Shown: positions 21,601 to 31,610 of the stretch, piece by piece
Layout: every line of letters begins with the position of its first letter
Position numbering within the stretch: the first letter of the stretch is position 1
Assembly (NCBI GenBank): GCA_963749915.1
Contig: CAVVOP010000008.1
Coordinates: forward strand, 448,001-512,000
Source: an uncultured cyanobacterium
GTDB lineage: Bacteria > Cyanobacteriota > Cyanobacteriia > Cyanobacteriales > Cyanobacteriaceae
Direction: 5' to 3'
Length of the DNA: 64,000 nucleotides
Translations under genes and position numbers: made by a program
Notes under the pieces: model-generated
What the model was told of the DNA's origin: nothing
The model's input: the letters and a program-made list of their open reading frames with translations, nothing else
Databases searched by the model: none

Positions 21601-23085
21601 GAACTGGTGGAAGACTACCTCAATATGCCTGGTCGTAACGCCCCGGTGGCGATCCGTAAGATCGTCGGCAAGAACCGTTGCAGCTACGACTATCTGCTCA
21701 ATTGGCGGGGCTCATCCCTGGCCCTCACGGACAAAACTGGCCAGATCTACCAGGAATTTAAACAGGTGGGTACCTACGGGGAGCGTGATCCTCGTGCAGA
21801 AATCGCTGTACACGCCGGCATGGAATCTACCCCTGCTACCAATACCCGGCCAACTGGGGGAATCGCCGGAGTCGGCTACAATAGCCCGATCCGCAGGTAT
21901 GATGCGAGCAGCAGTACCTTTGATAATCCTGACCGGGCAGGCATGGCAGGCGGGGTTAATCCTTACCAATATGCCAATAATAACCCGATCTCCTATGGCG
22001 ACGATGGGAATGCTCCACTTCCTCTCCTGGTACTGGCTTATATTGGGACAGCAGGCTTGATAGCCAGTGTGGAAACCTTGGTAGAGCGCGGTTTCCACTC
22101 AATCTGGGGCGAATGCGATTTCGATTGGGGTAGCACCTGGTCTCGTAATCTGGCCATTGGCCTTGGAACTAACTGGATTCCAGGTGCGGTTTTTGTGAGG
22201 ATTGGCGGTAAAGCCTTAGGTCGAATTGCAATTCGCTCTGGGGCAAAGATGGGTGCTACTAAGCTAGCAATCAAGGCGGGGAGGGCGGCAGGCTATACAA
22301 CTTATCTAGGTACCTCTGCGGCCATCGAATACGGTGTTGACAAGAGCATCTTCAATTCAGGAGCCAGTTTGGGTCAGATCTTTGTAGGGAATATTGGAGG
22401 CGATCTAATTGGGGCTGGACTGAAGCGTGGCGTAAGAGGATTGGTGGCGCGGGTAAGACGTAAAGGGGCGATCCATGGGACAGCAGCTAATTCTCGGTTA
22501 AGGTGGCAAGATGATCCTCCTAATTTAGATCCAATCGATGATTTTACTAGCGATGCCCTTAATCCAGAACAACTTGTTATTTTAAGGAATCGTGCCCTTG
22601 ATTTTTTAAATAATGAAGCAGGTTATCGAGTTCCTGAGTGGATTCAATTCCACATATTGGAAGATGTTGATTTTGCGGCTCGTTTCAAATCATTACCAAA
22701 CGGCACTTATGCCACTTATCTATCTGCTTCAAGACCTGCTGAAAGATACTTTTGGTCTCACCAAATGAGCCCACGCCGAGGACAAAGAGGTGAAAATACA
22801 GGAATTTTAACAGGGTTAAATATGTACACAGGAGAGAATACAATTAATGTTTATGTGAAAAGATCTGTATTGGGAAATAGAGAATCGATTCTTGGTGTAT
22901 TTATACACGAAGCTCATGAACTTCAAGGATTGCTGGAGAAATTTCAGGAGAAGGGCTTGCAACAAGGACTCACTGCAGAAGAATTAAATGAACTGATCGA
23001 CTTTACAAGTGATGATAACCTTCATGGTAAAGCTTGGCTTTGGGCAGATTTTCAAGTAGAACAATATAGAAAGAAGCGACAATAA
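18637..23085 (+). CDS. Rhs/YD-repeat polymorphic toxin, probably N-terminally truncated
   Basis: Many YDxxGR repeats; core end NPYQYANNNPISYGDDG; variable C-terminus with HEAHE; the ATG lies inside the IS terminal repeat. Confidence 0.85.
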   Translation: MLPTFIYDQFGRVKEELAINGVKTTFSYDLGFGEDLTGLPLRIKTGDHSETYEYDVMGRSTEMTNHFGYPTVFTYDKIGRQVTFTEGEGGKKHVTTNVYDEQHRLVKSFDKVAGEERASITKYDQYGETVSSTNPLGHSRQILKRDNRGHVLEVREPDGALYRVESFDPLGRPNGMIYPTVERLGTQGRFQTEEMHDLVKTYNDVPRTHRNTGQKVTSVKYQWGPNRVVTEFWSLRGELVAKETLEDGRLQKIVNHYSQRSELLQVDRYEGNANIATIHKYRYDNLGQRVEETTGTLTTQIYTDRDPDLGIYAISIQPKQASQQTNPYTVQQYDDNGRLIAGYDAEGTKVLEYKYNDQDRTINVFQIDPDDSIFKDKLVAMRFIEHDESGDVVKELDYRTNSTVTYERDEIGRIKMSFSPNGTIEYKYDKLDRIIKAISEVDVVIGKITKDRATRNFQAPGTAIAKLEVTTKYDEMGRMSSQGTDIAKELIQYDGLGRPIRISRTGIGKGLVEEEHFYDAKGDLVGRSFGKDHFWKVDRNFKKRQDIQLYFNKTKGYERIFNYNRLDQLTEILDSDSFFNYKMQYDINGRMISHQVLRNVTQTLSQVTWEYNGGVQADKMFIKAKDIDREIQYGFNQNMQITSLSDFKLNPEGEYKFEFNKAGYLKKIQRPSDPKANTTFRYHNTGKLSQMNHALGEGWTNFFNTTIFKSDYDELGNPKKIQHIHTLNYFDKLTGEQHNNQNFTLNENHTYDKRNRLTRSKYEGEVQKFLGYFEDIGPRSLSSIIQSDQDRQFFFDEFNRKVLEIKRDRPDKKNKPDRSYFEVVKNFYGNGNAIEESIKEFYLEGSDKFNLVGQKIIYDELGRKSKVIETLVFNGDNSRKWSTMTTFEYGIDDKPVNIKVVEKHGRSIFLVMETQNVYDPQGRPVRTRMIPHGESKIGKADGVATLAGDNADESDYAGNYIRFEIGGRKTNHYIYIGQNLTALLNGAGELVEDYLNMPGRNAPVAIRKIVGKNRCSYDYLLNWRGSSLALTDKTGQIYQEFKQVGTYGERDPRAEIAVHAGMESTPATNTRPTGGIAGVGYNSPIRRYDASSSTFDNPDRAGMAGGVNPYQYANNNPISYGDDGNAPLPLLVLAYIGTAGLIASVETLVERGFHSIWGECDFDWGSTWSRNLAIGLGTNWIPGAVFVRIGGKALGRIAIRSGAKMGATKLAIKAGRAAGYTTYLGTSAAIEYGVDKSIFNSGASLGQIFVGNIGGDLIGAGLKRGVRGLVARVRRKGAIHGTAANSRLRWQDDPPNLDPIDDFTSDALNPEQLVILRNRALDFLNNEAGYRVPEWIQFHILEDVDFAARFKSLPNGTYATYLSASRPAERYFWSHQMSPRRGQRGENTGILTGLNMYTGENTINVYVKRSVLGNRESILGVFIHEAHELQGLLEKFQEKGLQQGLTAEELNELIDFTSDDNLHGKAWLWADFQVEQYRKKRQ

Positions 23086-23147
23086 TGGATAATGATTGAG
23101 ACTCGCTGAAGTGCGTTAGGGCTCGCTTAGGATCGGTCCATAAATAA
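23085..23147 (+). pseudogene. Degenerate ORF in the Rhs immunity position
   Basis: TAATG stop/start overlap with Rhs; reads MDND*DSLKCVRARLGSVHK*. Confidence 0.4.
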
Positions 23148-23231
23148 CTGTCGCATTCTGAGGGATGGCTCGATAATTCCATTTCGGCAACAAATCATCA
23201 AACATCAAGCATCTGCTAGGGGTAGGGAAAA

Positions 23232-23321
23232 GATAAAAAGCTCTTAAAAAGAGTTAATTTGCTGGTTAAAGACATCATTGGAAATCCCTTTGACGGAATT
23301 GGTAAACCTGAACCTCTCAAA
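23232..23321 (+). pseudogene. yoeB: Txe/YoeB toxin internal fragment
   Basis: Reads DKKLLKRVNLLVKDIIGNPFDGIGKPEPLK (GIGKPEPLK is the YoeB signature); no start codon, in-frame stops on both sides. Confidence 0.85.
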
Positions 23322-23374
23322 GTCATCAGGTTAGGTTAAGATATGAAAATTATTTTAGAAGTGATCTTTCATTT

Positions 23375-24295
23375 ATGAGTAATTTAACAGGTAGAGATTT
23401 ATTAAGTATCGCAGACTTGAACACAGAAGAAATCAAAATAGTATTAGACTTAGCCGCTGATCTCAAAGGTAGCAAACAAAAATTTAACTCGAATAAAACC
23501 TTAGGATTATTATTTTATAAAGCCTCCACCCGCACTCGTGTATCCTTCAGCGTCGCAATGTATCAATTGGGTGGTAACGTCATCGACTTAAATCCAAGTC
23601 GGACACAAGTGGGCAGAGGAGAACCTTTAGAAGATACCGCAAGAGTGTTAGGTCGTTATTTAGATATATTAACAATTCGTACCTTTGCCCAAGAAGATCT
23701 ACAAAATTTTGCTGATCATAGTAATATTCCTATTATCAACGCTTTAACGGATTTAGAGCATCCCTGCCAAATTTTAGCGGATTTACAAACCATTCGAGAA
23801 TCCTTCGGCACTTTAGAAGGTATCACCATGACTTATCTAGGAGATGGTAATAATGTGGCACATTCTCTTTTATTAGGGGGTGTTTTAATGGGGATGAATG
23901 TGCGCATCGCCAGCCCTGAAGGTTATTTGCCGAATCCTGAGATTGTCCAACAAGCTCAAGCCTTGGCCACCAAGCCCGAACAAGTTATAATTACCCATGA
24001 CCCTAAAGCCGCCGCCGAAAATGCTCAAGTTTTATATACAGATGTATGGGCGAGTATGGGGCATGAAGAAGAAACTGCGGAAAGAATACCCATTTTTCAA
24101 CCCTATCAAATCAACCAAGAATTGGTTAACCTTGCTGATGATTCGGCGATAATTCTCCATTGTCTTCCTGCCTATCGAGAAAAGGAAATTACGACAGAGG
24201 TAATGGAAGGAAAACAATCTCGTATATGGGATCAGGCAGAGAATAGAATGCACGCACAAAAGGCACTTATAGCTTGTCTTTTGGGTTTAGCATAA
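23375..24295 (+). CDS. argF: Ornithine carbamoyltransferase
   Basis: STRTRVSF, HPCQ, HCLP, DQAENRMH. Confidence 0.97.
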   Translation: MSNLTGRDLLSIADLNTEEIKIVLDLAADLKGSKQKFNSNKTLGLLFYKASTRTRVSFSVAMYQLGGNVIDLNPSRTQVGRGEPLEDTARVLGRYLDILTIRTFAQEDLQNFADHSNIPIINALTDLEHPCQILADLQTIRESFGTLEGITMTYLGDGNNVAHSLLLGGVLMGMNVRIASPEGYLPNPEIVQQAQALATKPEQVIITHDPKAAAENAQVLYTDVWASMGHEEETAERIPIFQPYQINQELVNLADDSAIILHCLPAYREKEITTEVMEGKQSRIWDQAENRMHAQKALIACLLGLA

Positions 24296-24435
24296 CAGGA
24301 TAATTGATAATTGATGATTAATTTATTCACTGTCAAGGATGGTTAACCCGAAAGAACATTGATGTCAAGCAATTGCAACAAAAATTTACATAAGTTAATA
24401 TAAAAGGGTAGTCAAGAAAAAAGAACTCGAAAATT

Positions 24436-24657
24436 ATGGCAATCTTAATTTCATTATTTATTATTGGTTGGTTAGTCGCTTCTATTATTGGTACTCAAGC
24501 GTACTTTTTGGGTGAACAAACAAAGCCGATTCATGAACGCAACTGGAACTCAGAATCTTTTGATCAATTGGCGAAATCTTTCACAGGTAAACAAACCGAT
24601 TATTTAGAAAGAGTCCCCGCATACACTGTGGATGCTTACAACGCAATTACCAATTAG
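24436..24657 (+). CDS. Psb35-related photosystem II small membrane protein
   Basis: Single TM then GTQAYFLGEQTKPIHERNW. Confidence 0.75.
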   Translation: MAILISLFIIGWLVASIIGTQAYFLGEQTKPIHERNWNSESFDQLAKSFTGKQTDYLERVPAYTVDAYNAITN

Positions 24658-24842
24658 GTTCGGAGTTCGGAGTTATTAAAAATAAATATTTTATATATTC
24701 CCTATTTCCTTTCTTCACAACTAAATTTACCTAGTAGCATGCCCTCAAAGGTTTGAAATATCAAGCCTTTTTTTTTGGGAACAAATTTGAACTCATGGCG
24801 TCAGAATAGTTAATTAATTAACTATTTGGGAACAAAAAAATT

Positions 24843-25631
24843 ATGTTTAAATCTACTCCTGTGAACGGTAAAACTAGCAAGAAAATCGTTGCTTTAACTC
24901 TTTCTATGACTACGATATTGAGTCTTGTGCCTATCACTCCTTCCTTGGCCAAACCTGATCAACAATCTCGTTATAATTCTCCTCAATCTCCCTTTACACT
25001 GATTTCCAACAACTCTAAACATAACAATAGAAGACTTAGACCCAATAATTATCATAATCTTAATTCCAACGGGAAGAATAATCCTAATGTTCTGTCTCAA
25101 TTATTGAACTCCGGAAGTTTAAACGTTGGTACAATTATTTACACGACTCTCCCATCAGCCAATAAAATTTTAGTCACCCCAGAAGAAACTATGGCTGTCA
25201 CTTTAGTGGTTAGAGAAGATGTCACAGACAGTTATAATCAAGTCGTTATCCCCTCTGGGAGTGAAATTGCCGGGGAAATTCTTCCCTCCGGGCAAGGTTC
25301 AAGATTTGCCGCTAATACTTTAATTTTAGGAAATGGCAATGAGTACCCCATCAGTGCCACTTCTCCCGTTGTTACTACTACTGAAACTGTTTCTACGGGA
25401 AAAAATAACAATGCTATCTGGCAAGGGGCGTTAGTTGGTGCGGCGGCTGGTACTATTATTTCTGCTATTACGGGAGACAAGGCGATCGCGACGGAAGAAG
25501 TTTTAGGAGGTGCTGGTTTAGGTGCTTTAGCTGGTTTATTATTACGAGGTGATTACACTCAAGAATTTATTTCTATTAATCCTGAACAAGATCTAAATTT
25601 AACTTTAACCTCTAATTTGACGATTGATTAG
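24843..25631 (+). CDS. Secreted hypothetical protein with glycine-zipper C-terminal segment
   Basis: Signal peptide; GALVGAAAG...AITGDKAIATEEVLGGAGLG. Confidence 0.7.
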   Translation: MFKSTPVNGKTSKKIVALTLSMTTILSLVPITPSLAKPDQQSRYNSPQSPFTLISNNSKHNNRRLRPNNYHNLNSNGKNNPNVLSQLLNSGSLNVGTIIYTTLPSANKILVTPEETMAVTLVVREDVTDSYNQVVIPSGSEIAGEILPSGQGSRFAANTLILGNGNEYPISATSPVVTTTETVSTGKNNNAIWQGALVGAAAGTIISAITGDKAIATEEVLGGAGLGALAGLLLRGDYTQEFISINPEQDLNLTLTSNLTID

Positions 25632-25694
25632 GTTCAGCAGATGAGACATAAAATCTTAATAAAAGCTATCAGCTAAACCACATAGAATTCAATT

Positions 25695-26285
25695 CTACAC
25701 TCCCAACTCCGAACCCCTAACGCCGAACTGAGTGCTATGATTTTCTGTGTGGGCAAAATCATAATAATCCTTGATTAATTGAGATACTAATTGATGTTTA
25801 ATCCGCATTAATACACCCCTCAATAAACTATTCCCCGTGCTTTGTAACAGAGATTTTGGGGTTAACCATAAAGGCGGTGGTAAATCGACTTTTACTGTTA
25901 AATTCGCCTTTCCCTGTAAATAAATTTGATTATCTATTTCTGCGGGGGTTAATTTGCCTTTAAGATCAAGGGAAAATCGCCGATTAATATATTCAATGCC
26001 TTTAATTTCGCAGGACTCTGATTTTAAATAGACATTACCGGACGCACCAGCCCAAACTTTCAAGATAACAGTGGGCTGAAAATAGTATATATTGGAAAAA
26101 TTAAGGGGGTGCATTTGTAATTGATAACAATCATTGCCTAACACTTTCATTAACCTTTCATCGGCGATGGCCTTAACTAATCGAAAAGGTTGTCTGAGAT
26201 AATGTTGAATGGGGATAGTTTGCTGTTTTACTTCTAGGTTAACGATCTCTTCAGCCTGAAAATGAATTTCGCTATTGTTAAACAA
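25695..26285 (-). CDS. DUF1997 family protein
   Basis: PIQHYLRQPFRLV, PPLWLTPKSLLQSTGN. Confidence 0.85.
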   Translation of the reverse strand: MFNNSEIHFQAEEIVNLEVKQQTIPIQHYLRQPFRLVKAIADERLMKVLGNDCYQLQMHPLNFSNIYYFQPTVILKVWAGASGNVYLKSESCEIKGIEYINRRFSLDLKGKLTPAEIDNQIYLQGKANLTVKVDLPPPLWLTPKSLLQSTGNSLLRGVLMRIKHQLVSQLIKDYYDFAHTENHSTQFGVRGSELGV

Positions 26286-26345
26286 TGATTTACACTCTCT
26301 TAAAATAGGTTAATTGTTAATTGTTAATTGTTAATTGATTATTGA

Positions 26346-27512
26346 TTATTGATGCATAGCTTTGGCTAATTCTGCCGCTACTTTCGGGCGAGAAAATTGT
26401 GGAGGTGGTAATTCGCCACGACGCAACATTTCTCTTACTTTTGTACCAGATAAGTGAATCCGTTGTTCTTTTGTCGCAGGGCTAGTTTTAGATGTAGCCA
26501 TTTGTTCCGTTAAAGTACAATAGAAAGCGTGTTCAAACATCATGGGAGTAATACCTAATTCTTCAGGCTTGAACTCATCAAAAATTAATTGGGCATCATA
26601 AGTACCATAATAATCGCCAACTCCCGCGTGATCTCTGCCGACAATAAAGTGAGTACAACCATAGTTTTTGCGGATTAAAGCATGAAAAATAGCTTCTCTT
26701 GGTCCAGCGTAACGCATAGCGGAGGGATTAATGGCTAAAACAACCCTATTTTGGGGGAAATAGTTATCTACCATAATCTCATAACAGTTCATGCGCACAT
26801 CCGCAGGAATATCATCGCTTTTTGTCGCACCAACGAGAGGATGTAAAAATAAACCGTCAACGATTTCCAAGGCACATTTAATGATATATTCATGGGCACG
26901 GTGAATGGGGTTACGAGTTTGGAAACCGACAACAGTCTTCCAGCCTCGATCTGCGAACATTTTACGGGATTCGGCAGGATCAAGTTGATAGCTAGGAAAT
27001 AAAGGATGGGGATCTCTTTGTAGTAACCAAATAGGTCCAGCTAAATTGATTTCTCCTTGTTCATATATGACTTTAACCCCTGGATGAGCTTCTTCATCAG
27101 TACGATAAACATTGATCGCTTCGTGAGCCTTATTATAGCGATATTTTTGGGTAAGTTCTAAAACACCGACAAACCGACCATGAGGATCGTCTAAACGTAT
27201 CCAACTACCTTCTTTTAGTGGTTCTGCTACTTTTTCAGTTACCGACAAGGTTACAGGCACGGACCAAGGAAGTCCATTCATTAAACGCATTTCTGTTACT
27301 ACTCTTTCGTAGTCCTCTTGTCCCATAAAGCCATTAAGGGGACTAAAACCGCCAATGGCAATCATAACAAGATCAGAGGTTGCCCTTTCGTCTAATTGCA
27401 CTCTGGGTAATTTATCTGCCTGTGCTATAAATTCGTCTCTTTCGGCAAGGGTTGCGATCCTATTTACTAAATGTCCTCCGTGAGGTGCTATCGTTTCTAT
27501 GGTCTTACTCAT
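26346..27512 (-). CDS. sat: Sulfate adenylyltransferase
   Basis: [22 protein letters not shown]. Confidence 0.97.
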   Translation of the reverse strand: MSKTIETIAPHGGHLVNRIATLAERDEFIAQADKLPRVQLDERATSDLVMIAIGGFSPLNGFMGQEDYERVVTEMRLMNGLPWSVPVTLSVTEKVAEPLKEGSWIRLDDPHGRFVGVLELTQKYRYNKAHEAINVYRTDEEAHPGVKVIYEQGEINLAGPIWLLQRDPHPLFPSYQLDPAESRKMFADRGWKTVVGFQTRNPIHRAHEYIIKCALEIVDGLFLHPLVGATKSDDIPADVRMNCYEIMVDNYFPQNRVVLAINPSAMRYAGPREAIFHALIRKNYGCTHFIVGRDHAGVGDYYGTYDAQLIFDEFKPEELGITPMMFEHAFYCTLTEQMATSKTSPATKEQRIHLSGTKVREMLRRGELPPPQFSRPKVAAELAKAMHQ

Positions 27513-27577
27513 ATATATTAATTAAGATTCTGTCAGAATTTATCGTATCAAGCAATGAGACAATGGACAATTAGCAA

Positions 27578-28987
27578 TTAAGAATTTATCGGGTAAACCA
27601 TTTGTCGCAGGTCAATACATTCATCAAATTCTGCTTCGGTGAGATAACCTAATTCTAAAGTGGCTTGTTTGAGAGTAAGATCTTTTTCATGGGCAACATG
27701 GGCTATCTTTGAGGCTTTATCATAACCAATTTTGGGACTAAGGGCAGTTACCAACATCAAGGATTGATTAACTAATTTTTCAATACGTTTAACATTAGGT
27801 TTCATCTCCTTAATCATAAAATCAGTAAAGTTACTACAGCTATCCGCTAAAATTTTGATGGACTGGAGAACATTATAAACCATCATCGGCTTGTAAACAT
27901 TCATCTCTAAATAACCACTAGCTCCGGCAAAACTGACGGCTGTATCATAACCCATTACTTGAACTGCTACCATAGCTAGGGCTTCGCATTGAGTAGGATT
28001 GACTTTCCCCGGCATTATAGATGATCCCGGCTCATTTGCTGGTAATTCTAACTCATTAAATCCAGCTCTGGGCCCACAAGCTAATAGACGAATATCGTTG
28101 GCGATCTTGTACAATGAACAAGCGAGAGTTTTGAGTACTCCGCTTAACATTACCATTGCATCGTGGGAACCCATGACGGTGAATTTATTGGCTGCGGTAA
28201 TAAAGGGTAAACCCGTCAACTCGGCGATATGATGGGCCGATTTCTCGGCAAACCCGATGGGTGCATTTATACCTGTGCCCAAGGCAGTGCCTCCTAATGC
28301 TAATGGATAAATACCGGGTAAGGCTTGGTTAATTCTGGTTAGGTTATCATTTAACATCCCTACATAGCCTGAAAATTCTTGTCCTAAACTTAAGGGAACT
28401 GCGTCTTGTAAATGAGTTCTGCCAATTTTGATAATTTCTTTCCATGCCTCAGCTTTTTCCTGTAAAGCATCTCTTAATTTAATGACTTGCGGGATTAAAC
28501 GTTCATGAATAGCGATCGCAACGGCAATATTCATGGCTGTGGGAAAGGCATCATTAGAAGATTGAGACATATTCACATCATCGTTGGGATGGATGGGATT
28601 TTTACTACCTAATTCCCCCCCCACCATTTCAATGGCACGATTGGCGATAACTTCGTTAACATTCATATTCGATTGTGTACCGCTTCCTGTCATCCAAACA
28701 TATAACGGAAAATGATCATCTAAGTTACCCGCCAAAATTTCATCGACAACTTCGGCTATTAATTGGGCTTTTTCCGCAGATAATACCCCTAATTCTTGAT
28801 TTGTGATAGCAGAGGCTTTTTTGACCATGGCAAGGGCTTTTATTACTTCCACGGGCATTTTATCTTCGCCAATGGAGAAATAATGTAATGAGCGTTGAGT
28901 TTGTGCCCCCCAATAGCGATCGCATTGTACCTCAATTTCTCCCATGCTATCTTTTTCAATGCGGGTATTTTTGTTGGGATCAGTCAT
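27578..28987 (-). CDS. fumC: Class II fumarate hydratase
   Basis: [35 protein letters not shown] at 28987. Confidence 0.96.
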   Translation of the reverse strand: MTDPNKNTRIEKDSMGEIEVQCDRYWGAQTQRSLHYFSIGEDKMPVEVIKALAMVKKASAITNQELGVLSAEKAQLIAEVVDEILAGNLDDHFPLYVWMTGSGTQSNMNVNEVIANRAIEMVGGELGSKNPIHPNDDVNMSQSSNDAFPTAMNIAVAIAIHERLIPQVIKLRDALQEKAEAWKEIIKIGRTHLQDAVPLSLGQEFSGYVGMLNDNLTRINQALPGIYPLALGGTALGTGINAPIGFAEKSAHHIAELTGLPFITAANKFTVMGSHDAMVMLSGVLKTLACSLYKIANDIRLLACGPRAGFNELELPANEPGSSIMPGKVNPTQCEALAMVAVQVMGYDTAVSFAGASGYLEMNVYKPMMVYNVLQSIKILADSCSNFTDFMIKEMKPNVKRIEKLVNQSLMLVTALSPKIGYDKASKIAHVAHEKDLTLKQATLELGYLTEAEFDECIDLRQMVYPINS

Positions 28988-29115
28988 AAAATTTCTTATA
29001 AGAATAACAATCAATTAAATATTATCGTTAAATATTTGTTTAAGTCAGACAGTAATAATAAAAACTATCATGAAGACGCTGCGATGTGCAAAGTTGATTT
29101 TTGGTTAATCGATAC

Positions 29116-29955
29116 TCAAGTTAGCGAATTTTTACTCTTTAAACTATAATAAACATTGCTCTCTACATCAGTATTTAATTCTTTTAAATTGTTACCCAAT
29201 TTAATAGTATTTCTTTTCGTTGAAGTAAGTTTAAAATATTCATTTTCTTTAATATTTTGAACAATCATCGTTTCTTTAATTTTATCTTTTAAATATTGAA
29301 TTTCAGAATCTAATAATAACCATTGTTCCTCAATTTCTTTGTATCTTTTACTTAATAAATATAAACTTTTATTCAGAGGATTATTCTCTATTGTTAATGT
29401 TAATTTTACTAATTTATGATAAATTTGAGCTAAATAAATACAGTCCATTTTTGCATATTCCAACTGTTTTTTGTACAATGGTCTGATACCCCAATTGCTG
29501 ATCTGTTCTTCTTTACTCAAATTTTTAAAATCTGTTAAATATTCCGTTAATGTCTTTAAAGAATAGCTTTTTACTGGGAGAAAATGATAAGGAAATTCTT
29601 TAGCTAATTTTAAAGTACAAACAACATTTTTAGCTTTGGTTTTGCCTAACAATCTTAGATCATAATCGGCATTATGAAAAACTTTTTTAATTGATTCATT
29701 TACCATAATATTATCAATAAAAAAATTAATCAAATCTGGCTTATCTAATACATCCAACATATAAGTACGATTACCGTTAAGATTATCTCCATAAGCTAAT
29801 ACTTGAATTAAAGATAAACGAGGATTTCTAGTTTTATAATCGGCCACCTCCGTATCTAACCAGAGAATATCTGTTTGTGTTAAATCGAGAATAATATTTT
29901 TTATCTCATCTATATCTGTTAAATAAATCATGTTGTTCAATGGTTTTATGAACAT
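29116..29955 (-). CDS. Ribonuclease D-like 3'-5' exonuclease (DEDD)
   Basis: WLDTE, VFHNADYD, YAKMD. Confidence 0.85.
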   Translation of the reverse strand: MFIKPLNNMIYLTDIDEIKNIILDLTQTDILWLDTEVADYKTRNPRLSLIQVLAYGDNLNGNRTYMLDVLDKPDLINFFIDNIMVNESIKKVFHNADYDLRLLGKTKAKNVVCTLKLAKEFPYHFLPVKSYSLKTLTEYLTDFKNLSKEEQISNWGIRPLYKKQLEYAKMDCIYLAQIYHKLVKLTLTIENNPLNKSLYLLSKRYKEIEEQWLLLDSEIQYLKDKIKETMIVQNIKENEYFKLTSTKRNTIKLGNNLKELNTDVESNVYYSLKSKNSLT

Positions 29956-29971
29956 TATAAATAAATTATTG

Positions 29972-31471
29972 TTATTTGGAGGTATCTATGACTTTGACAA
30001 AAGGTTTTTCTGCCTCCGTAAAAAGTTCTAATTTAGCCTGTTGTTGTTCTAGTAATTCACAAGTCGCATCAGAAATATCTCCTCTCCTTTGACGAATGCG
30101 ATCATAAAGAATATTCAAAGGTGCAGTGCAATAAAGAATTTGTAAATTAATGTTTTCAGTGGTGGCAAATTCAATAATGGGTTGACGTAAAGAAATGCGA
30201 TCATATTTAGCATCTAAAATAACCGTAAATCCTTGTTGTGTTAACAATTTTCCTAAGTTAAATAAACGCTGATAAGTTTTCTGAGTCATTTCTGAAGAAT
30301 AGAGATAATTTTGCCCTTTTTCCTCCAAGGATATTCCAGCTAAATGTTTTCTGACGGCATCTGAACGAATGTGTATTCCATTTAGTTGCTTTGCCATTTG
30401 ATTCCCAATAGTGCTTTTTCCTGACCCTGATAAACCAGATATTAAAATTATTTTTCCTTGAGATCTTTGAGTATATTTCCAAGCTAAATAATAATATTCT
30501 TCTGCTACTTTTTGAGCCTGTTTTTTTTCTATTTTGGGAATAGCAGGATCATCCAATAAAAAAGATGAAACCTTTGCTCTGACATAGGCTTGACGACAGA
30601 GGTATAAGGGTAAAACTTGTAATCCTTCCCAGTCTCCTGTTTGTTCTAAATAAGTGTTAAGAAAAACATTTGCTAACTCTTTTTCCCCTTTAGAATCAAG
30701 ATCCATAACTGTAAAAGCCACATCATATATTACATCAACAAAGCGAAACGATTCATTAAATTCGATACGGTCAAACAGTTGAATTTTATTGTTCCAGATG
30801 CAGATATTTTTAAGATGGAGATCTCCATGACATTCTTTTATTTTATGATTGATTTGTCGTTCCCTGAAAATATGCTGATGAGAAGTTAAAAAATTATCGG
30901 TAAAGTCTTTGGTTTGTTGATATTTTTCCGCGGTTTGAGCTATCCCAATATATTTCTCTGTCTGTTGGTAATTTTCACTAATAGATTGTCCAATTTTTTC
31001 CACTGTACCAAAACTACAAATATAATCATTGGTGTGAGTATTTTTATGAAACTCTGCCACTAATTTTCCTAATTCTTTCATATGTTTTTCTCTTAATTTA
31101 CCAGCTTTAAAAATGTTAATTAAGAGATTTTCTTGGGAAAACTGCCTCATTTTTAAAACATAATCAATGATTTTACGACTATCATTTAAAATAAATTTTT
31201 GATCTATATAACTGATAGGAATTACTCCGATATAAAGGTCGGGAGTGATAGCCTGATTTATTCTTAATTCTTCTTCCAGAAAATATTTTCGTTTATCAAT
31301 AGTGGAATAATCCAAAAAGCCAAAATCAACAATTTTTTTAAGCTTATAAACATAATCTCCTGTTAAAAAAACCGTTGAGCAGTGAGTTTGTATGACCTGA
31401 ATGGGAAGTTGAACACAATGGGGATAAAAATTCTCTTGTTGCATTGTTTCGATTAATGGAGCTTGAGACAT
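29972..31471 (-). CDS. Aminoglycoside phosphotransferase-like kinase / AAA ATPase fusion
   Basis: IQTHCS, CHGDLHLKNI, FDRIEFN, C-terminal GLSGSGKST. Confidence 0.88.
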   Translation of the reverse strand: MSQAPLIETMQQENFYPHCVQLPIQVIQTHCSTVFLTGDYVYKLKKIVDFGFLDYSTIDKRKYFLEEELRINQAITPDLYIGVIPISYIDQKFILNDSRKIIDYVLKMRQFSQENLLINIFKAGKLREKHMKELGKLVAEFHKNTHTNDYICSFGTVEKIGQSISENYQQTEKYIGIAQTAEKYQQTKDFTDNFLTSHQHIFRERQINHKIKECHGDLHLKNICIWNNKIQLFDRIEFNESFRFVDVIYDVAFTVMDLDSKGEKELANVFLNTYLEQTGDWEGLQVLPLYLCRQAYVRAKVSSFLLDDPAIPKIEKKQAQKVAEEYYYLAWKYTQRSQGKIILISGLSGSGKSTIGNQMAKQLNGIHIRSDAVRKHLAGISLEEKGQNYLYSSEMTQKTYQRLFNLGKLLTQQGFTVILDAKYDRISLRQPIIEFATTENINLQILYCTAPLNILYDRIRQRRGDISDATCELLEQQQAKLELFTEAEKPFVKVIDTSK

Positions 31472-31564
31472 GTTTAAGTTTATAAAGTCAATAAAATAAT
31501 AGATTTATCTATCCAATCAAGTTTAAACATTTATGCAAGGTGAAGAGAATTTTTTTCATGACGA

Positions 31565-31610
31565 CTGACTCCTCTGACGGCCAGATTTTTTGACTTTTGC
31601 AAGAGGTCTA
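31565..31610. repeat. Right end of AGACCTCTTGCAAAA-type MITE
   Basis: 46-bp match with one mismatch to 53575-53620. Confidence 0.85.

Noticed and set aside
15206..22274. Numerous short antisense/overlapping ORFs in the GC-rich island (e.g. 21431-22060, 21712-22098)
   Set aside because: Shadow ORFs expected from higher GC; no recognisable motifs.
24370..24400. Possible NtcA box upstream of the Psb35-related gene
   Set aside because: GCA-N9-TAC does not fit the GTA-N8-TAC consensus.
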